Translations under genes and position numbers: made by a program
The notes under the pieces: model-generated
What the model was told of the DNA's origin: nothing
Databases searched by the model: none
What the model saw: the letters and a program-made list of their open reading frames with translations, nothing else
Part shown: piece after piece, positions 32,276-43,198 of the stretch
Layout: every line of letters starts with the position of its first letter
How positions within the stretch are numbered: the stretch's first letter is position 1
Assembly (NCBI GenBank): GCA_016841555.1
Contig: JAENYW010000001.1
Location: 429 to 64,428, forward strand
Direction of reading: 5' to 3'
Source: Tepidibacillus decaturensis
Lineage (GTDB): Bacteria; Bacillota; Bacilli; Tepidibacillales; Tepidibacillaceae
DNA: 64,000 nucleotides

Positions 32276-32695
32276 ATGCCAACTATTAATCAGTTAGTAC
32301 GCAAAGGGCGTAAAAGTAAAATTGAGAAATCTACAGCGCCTGCTTTACAAAAAGGGTATAACAGCTTTAAAAAGGAGCAAATTAATCAGAGTTCTCCTCA
32401 AAAACGTGGAGTATGTACTCGTGTAGGGACAATGACTCCTAAAAAACCTAACTCAGCTCTTAGAAAGTATGCACGTGTACGTTTAACCAATGGAATTGAG
32501 GTTACAGCTTATATCCCAGGGATTGGTCACAATCTTCAAGAGCACAGTGTGGTACTAGTTCGTGGTGGACGTGTTAAGGATTTACCAGGGGTTCGTTATC
32601 ATATTGTACGTGGAGCTCTAGATACTGCTGGAGTACAAAATCGGATGCAAGGACGTTCAAAATATGGTACAAAGCGTCCAAAAGAGAAGAAGTAA
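32276..32695 (+). CDS. rpsL: 30S ribosomal protein S12
   Basis: [24 protein letters not shown]... ATG at 32276 follows GGAAGGAGGTG. The track start at 32195 is spurious. Confidence 0.97.
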   Translation: MPTINQLVRKGRKSKIEKSTAPALQKGYNSFKKEQINQSSPQKRGVCTRVGTMTPKKPNSALRKYARVRLTNGIEVTAYIPGIGHNLQEHSVVLVRGGRVKDLPGVRYHIVRGALDTAGVQNRMQGRSKYGTKRPKEKK

Positions 32696-32774
32696 TTAAC
32701 TTAAGAATTGATTTATCTTGTGATCCAAAAAATGTTAATTTCACATGAACAAATAAGCAAAGGAGGGATTGCGA

Positions 32775-33245
32775 ATGCCTAGAAAAGGTCCTGTACCTCG
32801 CAGAGATGTTTTACCAGACCCTATATATAAGAGCAAATTAGTTACACGCTTAATTAACCGTATGATGGTTGACGGTAAAAAGAGTGTTTCTCAAAAAAGC
32901 TTATATAATGCATTTGAGCTTGTAAAGGAACGTACTGGTAAAGATGCAATGGAAGTATTTGATCAAGCATTAAAAAATATTATGCCTGTACTAGAGGTTA
33001 AAGCTCGCCGTGTTGGTGGTGCTAACTATCAAGTACCGATCGAAGTGAAACCAGAACGCCGTGTAACATTGGGACTTCGTTGGTTAGTTAATTACTCCCG
33101 TTTACGCGGAGAAAAAACAATGGAAGAACGTTTAGCTGGTGAAATAATGGATGCAGCAAATAATACCGGCGCATCAGTGAAAAAACGTGAAGACACACAC
33201 AAAATGGCTGAAGCGAATAAAGCTTTTGCTCACTATCGTTGGTAA
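32775..33245 (+). CDS. rpsG: 30S ribosomal protein S7
   Basis: [29 protein letters not shown]... SD AGGAGGG. Confidence 0.97.
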   Translation: MPRKGPVPRRDVLPDPIYKSKLVTRLINRMMVDGKKSVSQKSLYNAFELVKERTGKDAMEVFDQALKNIMPVLEVKARRVGGANYQVPIEVKPERRVTLGLRWLVNYSRLRGEKTMEERLAGEIMDAANNTGASVKKREDTHKMAEANKAFAHYRW

Positions 33246-33282
33246 TCACCTATAAAACCTTAGTATGAAAGGAGAAATAAAC

Positions 33283-35358
33283 ATGGCAAGAGAATTCTCC
33301 TTAAAAGATACACGTAATATTGGTATTATGGCACATATTGATGCTGGTAAAACAACAACTACTGAGCGTATTCTCTATTATACCGGTCGTACACATAAAA
33401 TCGGTGAAGTGCACGAAGGTGCAGCAACGATGGACTGGATGGAGCAAGAACAAGAAAGAGGTATTACCATTACCTCTGCTGCTACAACAGCACAGTGGAA
33501 AGATCACCGAATCAATATTATTGATACCCCGGGACACGTAGACTTCACAGTAGAAGTTGAACGTTCCTTGCGTGTATTGGATGGAGCAGTTACAGTATTA
33601 GATGCAAAAAGTGGGGTTGAACCACAGACAGAAACCGTATGGCGACAAGCTACTACCTACGGTGTACCCAGAATTGTTTATGTTAACAAAATGGACATTA
33701 TTGGAGCGGATTTCTTAAAATCTGTAAGGACGATAGAAGATCGTCTAAAAGCGAAGCCAGTACCGATCCAATTACCTATTGGAGCAGAAGATAATTTTGA
33801 AGGAATCATTGATTTAATAGGGATGGAAGCTTTCTATTACGTTGATGATCTTGGTACAAGAACAGAAGCAAGAGAAATTCCAGATGAGTACAAAGCATTA
33901 GCTGATGAATGGAGAGCCAAATTAGTAGAGTCTGTTTCGGAATTAGATGAAGACCTTATGATGAAATATCTTGAGGGAGAAGAAATCACAAATGAGGAAA
34001 TAATTTTGACCTTAAGAAAAGGAACAATTAATGTTGAAGTTTTCCCAGTTCTTTGCGGTTCTTCTTATAAGAATAAAGGTGTTCAGCTAATGCTTGATGC
34101 AGTTATTGAATATTTACCTTCACCACTTGATGTACCAGCTATAAAAGGTGAATTGGAAGATGGTACAGAAGCTGAGAGACCTGCTGATGATGACGGACCT
34201 TTCTCTGCACTAGCATTTAAAATCATGACTGACCCATATGTTGGGAAGTTAACCTTCTTCCGTGTTTATTCAGGAACATTAAAATCTGGCTCTTATATTC
34301 TTAACTCAACAAAAGAAAAACGTGAAAGAATTGGTCGTATTTTACAGATGCATGCAAATCATAGAGAAGAAATTAGTGAAGTATATTCTGGAGATATTGC
34401 TGCTGGTGTAGGTCTTAAGGATACTACTACAGGGGATACCTTATGTGATGAAAAATCACCAATTGTCTTAGAGTCAATGGTGTTCCCAGAACCAGTTATC
34501 CGATTATCTGTAGAACCAAAAACAAAAGCTGACCAAGATAAAATGTCAATGGCTCTTGCAAAATTGGCAGAAGAAGATCCAACATTTAAAACAAACACAG
34601 ATGAGGAAACGGGACAAACTATTATTGCAGGAATGGGAGAACTTCACTTAGACATCATTGTAGATCGACTAAAACGTGAATTTAAAGTAGAAGCAAATGT
34701 GGGTGCTCCACAAGTTGCCTATAAAGAAACAATTCGCAGTTCTGCACAAATAGAAGGGAAATTCGTTCGTCAATCTGGTGGACGTGGACAATACGGACAT
34801 GTTTGGATTACATTCGAACCTCTTGAAGCAGGAAAAGGCTTTGAATTTGCAAACAAAGTTGTTGGTGGAGTTGTTCCTAGGGAATATATTCCAGCCGTAC
34901 AAGCGGGTATTGAAGAGGCAATGCAAAATGGGTTAATAGCTGGATATCCATTAATTGATATGAAGGCTACCATTTTCGATGGTTCCTATCATGATGTTGA
35001 CTCCTCTGAAATGGCGTTTAAAATAGCTGGTTCTATGGCGTTTAAAGCATCAAAATCAAAATGTAACCCAGTACTTCTTGAACCGATTATGAAAGTAGAA
35101 GTAGTCGTTCCTGAAGAATATATGGGAGATGTGATGGGAGATATTAACTCACGTCGTGGAAGAATTGAAGGAATGGATGCAGAATCAGGTGCACAGCATA
35201 TTCGTGCTTTTGTACCATTATCTGAAATGTTTGGTTACGCAACTTCTCTTCGTTCCCGTACACAAGGTCGTGGTAACTATAGTATGCATTTTGATCATTA
35301 TGAAGAAGTACCGAAGAACATCTCAGAGCAAATTATTGAAAAACAACAAGGTAAGTAA
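33283..35358 (+). CDS. fusA: Elongation factor G
   Basis: [35 protein letters not shown]... ATG at 33283 follows AAAGGAGA. Confidence 0.98.
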   Translation: MAREFSLKDTRNIGIMAHIDAGKTTTTERILYYTGRTHKIGEVHEGAATMDWMEQEQERGITITSAATTAQWKDHRINIIDTPGHVDFTVEVERSLRVLDGAVTVLDAKSGVEPQTETVWRQATTYGVPRIVYVNKMDIIGADFLKSVRTIEDRLKAKPVPIQLPIGAEDNFEGIIDLIGMEAFYYVDDLGTRTEAREIPDEYKALADEWRAKLVESVSELDEDLMMKYLEGEEITNEEIILTLRKGTINVEVFPVLCGSSYKNKGVQLMLDAVIEYLPSPLDVPAIKGELEDGTEAERPADDDGPFSALAFKIMTDPYVGKLTFFRVYSGTLKSGSYILNSTKEKRERIGRILQMHANHREEISEVYSGDIAAGVGLKDTTTGDTLCDEKSPIVLESMVFPEPVIRLSVEPKTKADQDKMSMALAKLAEEDPTFKTNTDEETGQTIIAGMGELHLDIIVDRLKREFKVEANVGAPQVAYKETIRSSAQIEGKFVRQSGGRGQYGHVWITFEPLEAGKGFEFANKVVGGVVPREYIPAVQAGIEEAMQNGLIAGYPLIDMKATIFDGSYHDVDSSEMAFKIAGSMAFKASKSKCNPVLLEPIMKVEVVVPEEYMGDVMGDINSRRGRIEGMDAESGAQHIRAFVPLSEMFGYATSLRSRTQGRGNYSMHFDHYEEVPKNISEQIIEKQQGK

Positions 35359-35388
35359 TCAGATGTAAAATCTTTAAGATAAGAATAT

Positions 35389-35420
35389 TACCTGCATGTA
35401 ATTATGTAGGTACCTTTCTT
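35389..35420 (+). terminator. Weak terminator-like hairpin between fusA and tuf
   Basis: TACCTGCAT-GTAATT-ATGTAGGTA (9 bp, one G-U) followed by CCTTTCTTT. Confidence 0.35.
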
Positions 35421-35461
35421 TACACATATAAATTTAAATATTTAAGGAGGAAATATTAAAG

Positions 35462-36652
35462 ATGGCTAAGCAAAAATTTGAACGTAACAAACCACACGTA
35501 AATATTGGTACTATTGGTCACGTAGACCATGGTAAAACAACTTTAACAGCTGCTATTACCACTGTTTTAGCGCAAGGTGGGCAAGCACAAGCTACTGCAT
35601 ATGATGCAATTGATAAAGCTCCAGAAGAACGTGAACGCGGAATTACTATTTCTACAGCTCACGTAGAGTATGAAACAGATAATCGTCACTATGCTCACGT
35701 GGATTGTCCAGGACATGCTGACTATGTTAAAAACATGATCACTGGTGCTGCACAAATGGATGGTGGAATTCTTGTTGTTTCTGCAGCTGATGGTCCTATG
35801 CCACAAACTCGTGAACATATCCTTCTTTCTCGTCAAGTAGGTGTTCCTTATATCGTGGTATTTATGAACAAAGTGGATATGGTTGACGATGAAGAATTAT
35901 TAGAGCTTGTTGAAATGGAAATTCGGGATCTTCTTTCTGAATATGAATTCCCTGGAGACGACATTCCAGTTATAAAAGGTTCTGCTCTAAGAGCATTAGA
36001 AGATCCTACTAGTGATTGGGCAAATGCTATTCATGAATTGATGGCAGCAGTCGATGATTATGTACCAACTCCAGAACGTGACACTGACAAACCATTCTTA
36101 ATGCCAGTTGAGGATGTATTCTCTATTACTGGTCGTGGTACGGTTGCTACCGGTCGTGTAGAACGCGGTATTGTAAAAGTTGGAGACGAAATAGAAATCA
36201 TTGGGATTCATGAAGAAACAAAAAAATCCGTTGTAACAGGTGTTGAAATGTTCCGTAAGCTTCTTGATCAAGCACAAGCTGGAGACAATGTCGGCGCATT
36301 ACTTCGTGGTGTAACCCGTGAAGAAATCGAACGTGGTCAAGTATTAGCTAAACCAGGTAGTGTGAAACCACATACTAATTTCAAAGCAGAGGTTTATGTA
36401 TTATCAAAAGAAGAAGGCGGACGTCATACTCCATTCTTTAAAGGATATCGTCCACAATTCTACTTCCGTACAACTGATGTAACTGGTGTAATTCAATTAC
36501 CAGAAGGAGTAGAAATGGTTATGCCAGGAGATAACATCACAATGGATGTAGAATTAATCAACCCAATTGCTATTGAAGACGGTACTCGTTTTGCGATTCG
36601 TGAAGGTGGACGTACTGTTGGTGCAGGTGTTGTAACCTCTATCTCTAAATAA
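35462..36652 (+). CDS. tuf: Elongation factor Tu
   Basis: 396 aa: [33 protein letters not shown]... Confidence 0.98.
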   Translation: MAKQKFERNKPHVNIGTIGHVDHGKTTLTAAITTVLAQGGQAQATAYDAIDKAPEERERGITISTAHVEYETDNRHYAHVDCPGHADYVKNMITGAAQMDGGILVVSAADGPMPQTREHILLSRQVGVPYIVVFMNKVDMVDDEELLELVEMEIRDLLSEYEFPGDDIPVIKGSALRALEDPTSDWANAIHELMAAVDDYVPTPERDTDKPFLMPVEDVFSITGRGTVATGRVERGIVKVGDEIEIIGIHEETKKSVVTGVEMFRKLLDQAQAGDNVGALLRGVTREEIERGQVLAKPGSVKPHTNFKAEVYVLSKEEGGRHTPFFKGYRPQFYFRTTDVTGVIQLPEGVEMVMPGDNITMDVELINPIAIEDGTRFAIREGGRTVGAGVVTSISK

Positions 36653-36687
36653 TCACTGTAAAAAAGTGTTATATATTTTTTAAAAAA

Positions 36688-36737
36688 GGGAGTATCGCTA
36701 ACTACTTTTAAAGTAGTATTGCGGTACTCCCTTTCTT
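36688..36737 (+). terminator. Intrinsic terminator after tuf
   Basis: GGGAGTATCGC ... GCGGTACTCCC (11 bp, one G-U; an inner ACTACTTT/AAGTAGT stem) followed by TTTCTT. Confidence 0.75.
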
Positions 36738-36832
36738 GATTGATTTTTAGAAAAAAAGAATATTTTTATAAAAAGTATAATTAATTGAAAACTATTAAAA
36801 TTACCAATTTAAAAAATTATAGAAAAATAACG

Positions 36833-36862
36833 GTTGTCTAATGTTGAATATTTATTTATAAT
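36833..36862 (+). promoter_or_regulatory. Candidate promoter of the liv-type operon (TTGTCT-18-TATAAT)
   Basis: TTGTCT at 36833-36838 and TATAAT at 36857-36862. The context is very AT-rich, so the specificity of the call is low. Confidence 0.35.
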
Positions 36863-36990
36863 AGTTAATAAATAGTTAGTCATTATACAACCATAGAACA
36901 TCATGTAAAGAATAATAAAAAGGAGGTAAGGTAGTAAACTTAATATTTAATGCATAATCACAGATTATATAAAAGGGGGAAATTTTAATA

Positions 36991-38178
36991 ATGAAATTTG
37001 GTAAAGTATCTTTACTTCTATTATCATTGATTTTTGTTTTTTCTACCATACTGGCAGGATGTGGTTCCTCAGGAGATAAGGCTTCAGATAGCGATATAAT
37101 AAAAATTGGTTTCTTAGGAGCTAAAACTGGAGGACACGCTATTTTTGGATTAGGAACATTAAAAGGTATCAATATGGCTGTAGAGGAAGTTAATGCAGCA
37201 GGTGGTGTTCTAGGTAAACAATTAAAAGTAATGGAAGAAGATCATGGAAGTAAGCTAGAAGAAATCCCTAATGTGGTTGAAAAATACGTGCAACGTGAGA
37301 AGGTTGTTGCTATTATCGGTGATCCAACCACTGGTGGTACCAAAATAGCAGCTGAAATTGCCAATGAAAACCAAGTGGTTATCATGTCCGCTGGTTCAAC
37401 TGGGCTTGGAGTAGTTGAAATTGGAGAATATGTATTCCGTAATACTTTACTTGATACCGTTGCTGCACCTGCTACAATGGATTATGTAATCAATGAAAAA
37501 GGATGGAAAAATGTTGCAGTTATTACCTCCATCAACAACGATTACAGTGTAGGCTTAAGTGGTATTTTTAAAGAAGGCATTGAGAACAATGGTGGAACTA
37601 TTGTTATTGAGGAAAATATCCAGGATGGAGATACAGATTTCAGTGCCATTGTTACAAAAATCAAATCAAAAAATCCTGATGTAATTGTTTTCTCTGGTTA
37701 TTACACAGAGGGTGGACTAATAATGAAAGAGGTTCGCCGTCAAGGCATGAATGATATCGTTATGGTTGGTGGTGACGGATTACAAGGACCTGATTTCTTT
37801 AAATTAGGTGAAGATGCAGTTGTAGGTTCCATTTCTTATGCAGGATTCTCACCTGTAGAACCAACACCAACTACAGCAGCATTTATTGAAAAATTCAAGG
37901 CTGAAAATGACGGTGAGTCACCGGATCTTTTTTCCGCTCAAGGCTATGATGCGGTTATGTTAATTGTTGAAGCAATGAAGCAAGCGAACAGTGCAGATCC
38001 AGTAGAATTTCATAAAACCTTAGCTCAAACAAAAAATTATGATGGTGTTTCAGGAACAACTACATTCCTTGATACTCGTGAGCCAATTAAAAGTCCTGTT
38101 TACCTATTGTCCGTACAAGAAGTAGACGGTAAGTATGATTTTGGTCTATTAAAAAAAGTACCTGTAAAAATGGATTAG
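36991..38178 (+). CDS. Branched-chain amino acid ABC transporter substrate-binding lipoprotein (LivJ/LivK family)
   Basis: Signal peptide with lipobox LAGC, then a type I periplasmic-binding-protein fold (IKIGFLGAKTGGHAIFG...). Followed by LivHMGF-type genes. Confidence 0.88.
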   Translation: MKFGKVSLLLLSLIFVFSTILAGCGSSGDKASDSDIIKIGFLGAKTGGHAIFGLGTLKGINMAVEEVNAAGGVLGKQLKVMEEDHGSKLEEIPNVVEKYVQREKVVAIIGDPTTGGTKIAAEIANENQVVIMSAGSTGLGVVEIGEYVFRNTLLDTVAAPATMDYVINEKGWKNVAVITSINNDYSVGLSGIFKEGIENNGGTIVIEENIQDGDTDFSAIVTKIKSKNPDVIVFSGYYTEGGLIMKEVRRQGMNDIVMVGGDGLQGPDFFKLGEDAVVGSISYAGFSPVEPTPTTAAFIEKFKAENDGESPDLFSAQGYDAVMLIVEAMKQANSADPVEFHKTLAQTKNYDGVSGTTTFLDTREPIKSPVYLLSVQEVDGKYDFGLLKKVPVKMD

Positions 38179-38218
38179 TTACTAGTATTGTAAATTGGTA
38201 ATTCTATATGAACAAAGC

Positions 38219-38251
38219 GTTATAGCTCCGCACAAAAAGCGGAGCTATAAC
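38219..38251 (+). promoter_or_regulatory. Perfect 13-bp intra-operon hairpin after the binding-protein gene
   Basis: GTTATAGCTCCGC-ACAAAAA-GCGGAGCTATAAC with no U-tract. This arrangement is typical of a partial terminator or mRNA stabiliser that gives an excess of binding-protein transcript. Confidence 0.6.
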
Positions 38252-38307
38252 ATTAAATATAGTAGTTTGACAGATATTGCTAACCGAGAAAAGGGAGGTA
38301 GCTATAG

Positions 38308-39195
38308 ATGACGGAATTGATTCAGCAGATTATCAATGGTTTAACATTAGGAAGTACTTATGCATTAATTGCTTTAGGGTATACAATGGTTTATGGTATT
38401 GTTCTATTAATCAACTTTGCCCATGGTGAAATTTTTATGTTTGGTGCATTTGCTGGACTATTTATTGTAACCGTTTTAGGTATTACAAATTTATTTCTTG
38501 CAATTTTAGGTGCTATGCTTTTTAGTATGCTCTTGGGTGTTATTATAGAGTTTATTGCTTATCGACCTTTAAGAGGGTCTTCAAGACTATCCGCACTTAT
38601 AAGTGCAATTGGGGTATCAATCTTTTTATCCTCATTAATGGTACTAATTAGAGGAGCGAATGTAACATCATTTCCTAGGAAACAATTATTTGAAATGAAG
38701 AATATAGAATTTATGGGTCTTAACATATCGAATTTACAAATTGTTATTATATTAATCTCAGCTGGTTTGATGATTCTTCTACAGCTTTTTATCAACTACA
38801 CAAAAATTGGAAGAGCGATGAGAGCTTCTTCTATGGATTTAGATGCTACTGCTTTAATGGGGGTAAATGTGAATCAGATTATTTCCATTACCTTTGCTAT
38901 AGGATCTGGATTAGCTGCTGCTGGTGGCGTATTGTGGGGATTAAACTTCAGCTCCATTCATCCTTATATGGGATTGATGGCAGGATTAAAAGCATTTGCT
39001 GCAGCGGTGTTGGGGGGTATTGGTAGTATTCCTGGTGCCGTGTTTGGTGGGATTTTCTTAGGATTAGCAGAAAATTTAGGTGTTGCCGCAAACCTATCAA
39101 AATATAAAGATGCATTCGCTTTTACCATTCTAATTCTAGTACTTCTCTTCCGTCCTACGGGATTATTTGGTCGGAAGATTTCTAAGAAAGTGTAG
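38308..39195 (+). CDS. livH: Branched-chain amino acid ABC transporter permease (LivH type)
   Basis: 295 aa polytopic protein: QQIINGLTLGSTYALIALGYTMVYG... typical LivH. Confidence 0.88.
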   Translation: MTELIQQIINGLTLGSTYALIALGYTMVYGIVLLINFAHGEIFMFGAFAGLFIVTVLGITNLFLAILGAMLFSMLLGVIIEFIAYRPLRGSSRLSALISAIGVSIFLSSLMVLIRGANVTSFPRKQLFEMKNIEFMGLNISNLQIVIILISAGLMILLQLFINYTKIGRAMRASSMDLDATALMGVNVNQIISITFAIGSGLAAAGGVLWGLNFSSIHPYMGLMAGLKAFAAAVLGGIGSIPGAVFGGIFLGLAENLGVAANLSKYKDAFAFTILILVLLFRPTGLFGRKISKKV

Positions 39196-39204
39196 GTGTT
39201 CTAG

Positions 39205-40182
39205 ATGAAGAAAATAATCCCAGAAAATTATATCCTACGTATTTTATTGTTTTTCATAGGAATAGTCGCTACGTATTATTTCTTTATAGGACTTGAATTT
39301 ATCATTCATGATAAATATGTTATTTCGGTTTCAAAAATGATAGCAATTAATATTATTTTAGCATTAGGATTAAATTTAATTACAGGTGTAACTGGACAAT
39401 TAAATCTTGGACATGCTGCCTTTATGAGTATTGGTGCTTATACTGGTGCTATTGCTACAGTAAGATTTGATTTACCTTTTGGCGTTTCCATATTGTTAGC
39501 AGGACTAATCGCAGCGATTATCAGTATAATCATTGGCTACCCAATCCTTCGTTTAACTGGTGATTATTTTGCAATTGCTACACTAGGCTTTGGTGAAATT
39601 ATTCGCGTTGTTTTTAATGCTTCAGAGTTTACAAATGGTGCGTTAGGTATTTCAGGTATTCCTCGCGTAACCTCGTTTTCTATTACTTGGACAATCGCTG
39701 TATTAACGATTATCTTTATGGTGTGGTTAAATAATTCAAGACCAGGAAGAGCCTATATGGCGATTCGTGATAATGAAATAGCAGCAGAATCAATGGGAAT
39801 AAAAGTATCCTATTACAAGGTGCAATCCTTTGCGATTGGCTCCTTTTTAGCAGGAGTAGGCGGTGCTTTATTTGCTCATTACCAATCCTTTATAAATCCC
39901 GAAATGTTTAACTTTATGAAGTCGATTGATATATTAATGATGACTGTATTAGGAGGACTAGGAAGTGTTCCAGGAGTTATTTTAGGTGCAGGGCTACTCA
40001 CTTTTATGAAGGAAGGTCTTCGTGTCTTTAGTGATTTTCGCTTTCTCTTCTATGGTGCTCTATTAATAATTATGATGATATATAGACCAAATGGACTTCT
40101 AGGTGGTGTCAATTTAAGTAAGGTTATTAAATCGAGACTTTCAAAATCAACGGTTTTAAAAAAAATAAATAGAAGTAGATGA
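39205..40182 (+). CDS. livM: Branched-chain amino acid ABC transporter permease (LivM type)
   Basis: 325 aa polytopic protein: GQLNLGHAAFMSIGAYTGA... typical LivM. Confidence 0.88.
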   Translation: MKKIIPENYILRILLFFIGIVATYYFFIGLEFIIHDKYVISVSKMIAINIILALGLNLITGVTGQLNLGHAAFMSIGAYTGAIATVRFDLPFGVSILLAGLIAAIISIIIGYPILRLTGDYFAIATLGFGEIIRVVFNASEFTNGALGISGIPRVTSFSITWTIAVLTIIFMVWLNNSRPGRAYMAIRDNEIAAESMGIKVSYYKVQSFAIGSFLAGVGGALFAHYQSFINPEMFNFMKSIDILMMTVLGGLGSVPGVILGAGLLTFMKEGLRVFSDFRFLFYGALLIIMMIYRPNGLLGGVNLSKVIKSRLSKSTVLKKINRSR

Positions 40183-40209
40183 ACCATCTAAGCAAATAAA
40201 GGGGGGAGA

Positions 40210-40992
40210 ATGATGGCGGTATTAGAGTTAAAACAAGCAACGATAAAATTTGGAGGATTAGTAGCAGTAGATTCTGTGGATATGGAAGTGAAAAAAGGAA
40301 CTATTCATGCTTTAATTGGTCCAAACGGAGCTGGAAAAAGTACTATTTTTAATTTAATTACAGGAATTTATAAACCAACAAGTGGTTCCATATTTTTTGA
40401 AGGAAATCAAGTTGATGGAACCCCAACCTACAAGCTAACCTCTGTTGGTATAGCAAGAACATTTCAAAACATCCGTCTATTTGATGATTTGACGGTATTA
40501 GATAATGTAAAGATTGGTATTCATACAAGAGTAAAATCTGGACTGCTTGGAGCATTCACTAAAATGCCATCGCAACAGAAGGAAGAAAAATGGATTGAAG
40601 AACAAGTACTAGAAGAATTAGATTTTATGAACTTATATGAAAAAAGAGATGAATTATCAAAAAACCTTTCCTATGGTGAACAAAGAAGATTGGAGATTGC
40701 AAGAGCCTTAGCTTCTAATCCTAAAATTATTCTTTTGGATGAGCCTGCTGCAGGAATGAATCCTCAAGAAAAAGTAAGTTTAATGCAAATGATTAATGCG
40801 ATCCGTGAACGTGATGTTACAGTCTTTCTAGTGGAGCACGATATGAAAGTAGTAATGGGGATATCTGATACTGTTTCAGTATTAGACTATGGAAAAAAAA
40901 TTGCTGAAGGTTCACCAGAAGAAGTTAAAAATAATGAAGATGTTATAGCGGCATATTTGGGAGCAGATTATCTAAAAACACATATGAAATAG
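40210..40992 (+). CDS. livG: ABC transporter ATP-binding protein (LivG type)
   Basis: Walker A GPNGAGKST, signature LSYGEQRRLEIARAL and Walker B ILLDEPAAG. C-terminal DVIAAYLG. Confidence 0.9.
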   Translation: MMAVLELKQATIKFGGLVAVDSVDMEVKKGTIHALIGPNGAGKSTIFNLITGIYKPTSGSIFFEGNQVDGTPTYKLTSVGIARTFQNIRLFDDLTVLDNVKIGIHTRVKSGLLGAFTKMPSQQKEEKWIEEQVLEELDFMNLYEKRDELSKNLSYGEQRRLEIARALASNPKIILLDEPAAGMNPQEKVSLMQMINAIRERDVTVFLVEHDMKVVMGISDTVSVLDYGKKIAEGSPEEVKNNEDVIAAYLGADYLKTHMK

Positions 40993-41009
40993 GGATGAGG
41001 TGAGGATGC

Positions 41010-41762
41010 TTGTTAACCGTTGAAAATATAAATGTCTATTATGGGGCAATTCATGCAATTAGAGATGTTTCCTTAAAGGTAAATGAAGGAGAAATTGTAT
41101 CATTAATTGGTGCTAATGGAGCAGGGAAAACATCGATACTTCGTACTATATCAGGACTAAATAAACTGCGTAGTGGAAAAATTACGTTATTTGATAAAGT
41201 TTTATACGATACAAAGGAAAAGAAAAATATGTTTGGAAAAACAAAATCGATTAGCGCTGGAGTTCCGCCGCATAAAGTGGTGGAATTGGGAATCGGACAT
41301 GTTCCTGAAGGAAGAAGAGTTTTCCCTTACATGTCTGTAAAGGAAAATTTATTAATGGGAGCGTACGTTCGAAAAGATAAAAATCTGGAAAAAGAATTCG
41401 AAAATGTATTTCAAAAATTTCCTAGGTTAAAAGAGAGAATCAATCAATCTGCTGGAACACTATCTGGTGGGGAACAGCAAATGCTTGCAATGGGCAGAGC
41501 ACTTATGAATCATCCGAAGCTATTATTGATGGATGAACCTTCGATGGGCTTAGCACCAATGCTTGTAGAAGAAATATTTAACATTATTAAAGAAATTAAC
41601 AAATCAGGAACTACAATTTTATTAGTAGAACAAAATGCTCACCTGGCTTTATCAATAGCAAATAGAGGATATGTAATAGAAACTGGTGAAATAATATTAG
41701 AAGGTGTCGCAAAGGATGTTGCTGAAAATCCAGATGTTAGAAAGGCATACTTAGGAGAGTAA
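41010..41762 (+). CDS. livF: ABC transporter ATP-binding protein (LivF type)
   Basis: Walker A GANGAGKTS, VPEGRRVF, signature LSGGEQQMLAMGRAL and C-terminal VRKAYLGE. TTG start 6 nt after GAGGTGAGGA. Confidence 0.88.
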   Translation: MLTVENINVYYGAIHAIRDVSLKVNEGEIVSLIGANGAGKTSILRTISGLNKLRSGKITLFDKVLYDTKEKKNMFGKTKSISAGVPPHKVVELGIGHVPEGRRVFPYMSVKENLLMGAYVRKDKNLEKEFENVFQKFPRLKERINQSAGTLSGGEQQMLAMGRALMNHPKLLLMDEPSMGLAPMLVEEIFNIIKEINKSGTTILLVEQNAHLALSIANRGYVIETGEIILEGVAKDVAENPDVRKAYLGE

Positions 41763-41797
41763 TGCTTCTAACGATTCATCATATATAGAGGTGCCAT

Positions 41798-42673
41798 ATG
41801 ATAGAAAGAAAAAAAACTGCATATGTAGCATTAGGTATAGGTGTAGCAGCAGTATCCACTGCTGCTATTTTTGTCAAGCTTTCTTCTGCCCCATCTTCCA
41901 TCATAGCTTTTTATAGACTATTTTTTTCTACTCTTATTTTGGGAGTCCCAACAATTATATTTAAACGAAAAGTATTTAAAACATTGACATGGAATGAATG
42001 GAAATATTCAATATTAGCGGGGATTTTTCTTGCCTTTCACTTTATTACATGGTTTGAATCGCTTAAATTTACGTCTGTAGCAAGCTCAGTAGTTCTTGTT
42101 ACATTACAACCAGTTTTTGCAATGGTAGGGATATATCTGCTTTTTAATGAAAAAATTTCGAAAAACAGCATGATTGGTGCAAGCTTTGCATTATTAGGAA
42201 GTTTTATTATAGGCTGGGGAGATTTTCAAATAGGTGGAAAAGCCTTACTTGGAGATCTTCTGGCCCTAATAGGAGCAGTATTAGTAACTGGTTATTGGTT
42301 AGTAGGTCAAACGTTACGAAGGAGACTCGATCTTTTTACGTATACCTTTTTAGTATATAGTGCCAGTACAATTACTTTACTATTATATAATATTATCTTA
42401 CAGGTTCCACTATTCCCTTATGAATTAAACGAATGGAAGTTATTTCTTGCATTAGCAATAATACCTACCATTTTTGGACATACTATTTTTAATTGGTCTA
42501 TTCGCTATGTTAATGCTGCGACAGTGTCTGTTACCATATTAGCAGAGCCAATTGGTTCTTCCATATTAGCCTACTTCCTATTAAATGAAGGAATTAATGT
42601 AACACAAATTATAGGAGGAATCATTATATTTGGAGGTATTCTTCTCTATTTAAAAAATATTGAAATAAAATAG
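41798..42673 (+). CDS. DMT-superfamily (EamA-type) transporter
   Basis: 291 aa with about 10 predicted TM helices and two EamA-like halves. Confidence 0.85.
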   Translation: MIERKKTAYVALGIGVAAVSTAAIFVKLSSAPSSIIAFYRLFFSTLILGVPTIIFKRKVFKTLTWNEWKYSILAGIFLAFHFITWFESLKFTSVASSVVLVTLQPVFAMVGIYLLFNEKISKNSMIGASFALLGSFIIGWGDFQIGGKALLGDLLALIGAVLVTGYWLVGQTLRRRLDLFTYTFLVYSASTITLLLYNIILQVPLFPYELNEWKLFLALAIIPTIFGHTIFNWSIRYVNAATVSVTILAEPIGSSILAYFLLNEGINVTQIIGGIIIFGGILLYLKNIEIK

Positions 42674-42692
42674 GAATAAATAAATAAAACTC

Positions 42693-42721
42693 TTGCATTA
42701 ATAATTTATTTTTTATATAAT
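42693..42721 (+). promoter_or_regulatory. sigmaA promoter of the S10 operon (TTGCAT-17-TATAAT)
   Basis: TTGCAT at 42693-42698 and TATAAT at 42716-42721, followed by a ~135-nt leader before rpsJ. Confidence 0.6.
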
Positions 42722-42768
42722 ATGTAACGTTGGTCAAAGAAATTTGCGATGAAGTGAAAGGTTGCTGA

Positions 42769-43167
<399 letters not shown>

Positions 43168-43198
43168 CAAAAGCTTGGAGATATAGGAGGTGGCAGTA

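Noticed and set aside
36950-36988. 12-codon upstream ORF (MHNHRLYKRGKF) ending 2 nt before the livJ-like start, considered as a leader peptide for attenuation
   Set aside because: It has no run of Leu/Ile/Val codons, no properly spaced SD and no terminator/antiterminator pair downstream. It is kept only as a note under the orphan-SD finding.
42732-42738. GGTCAAA heptad in the S10 leader resembling a CtsR half-site
   Set aside because: Only a single heptad is present, with no second repeat at the required 3-nt spacing. The biological context (a ribosomal operon) does not fit the CtsR regulon.
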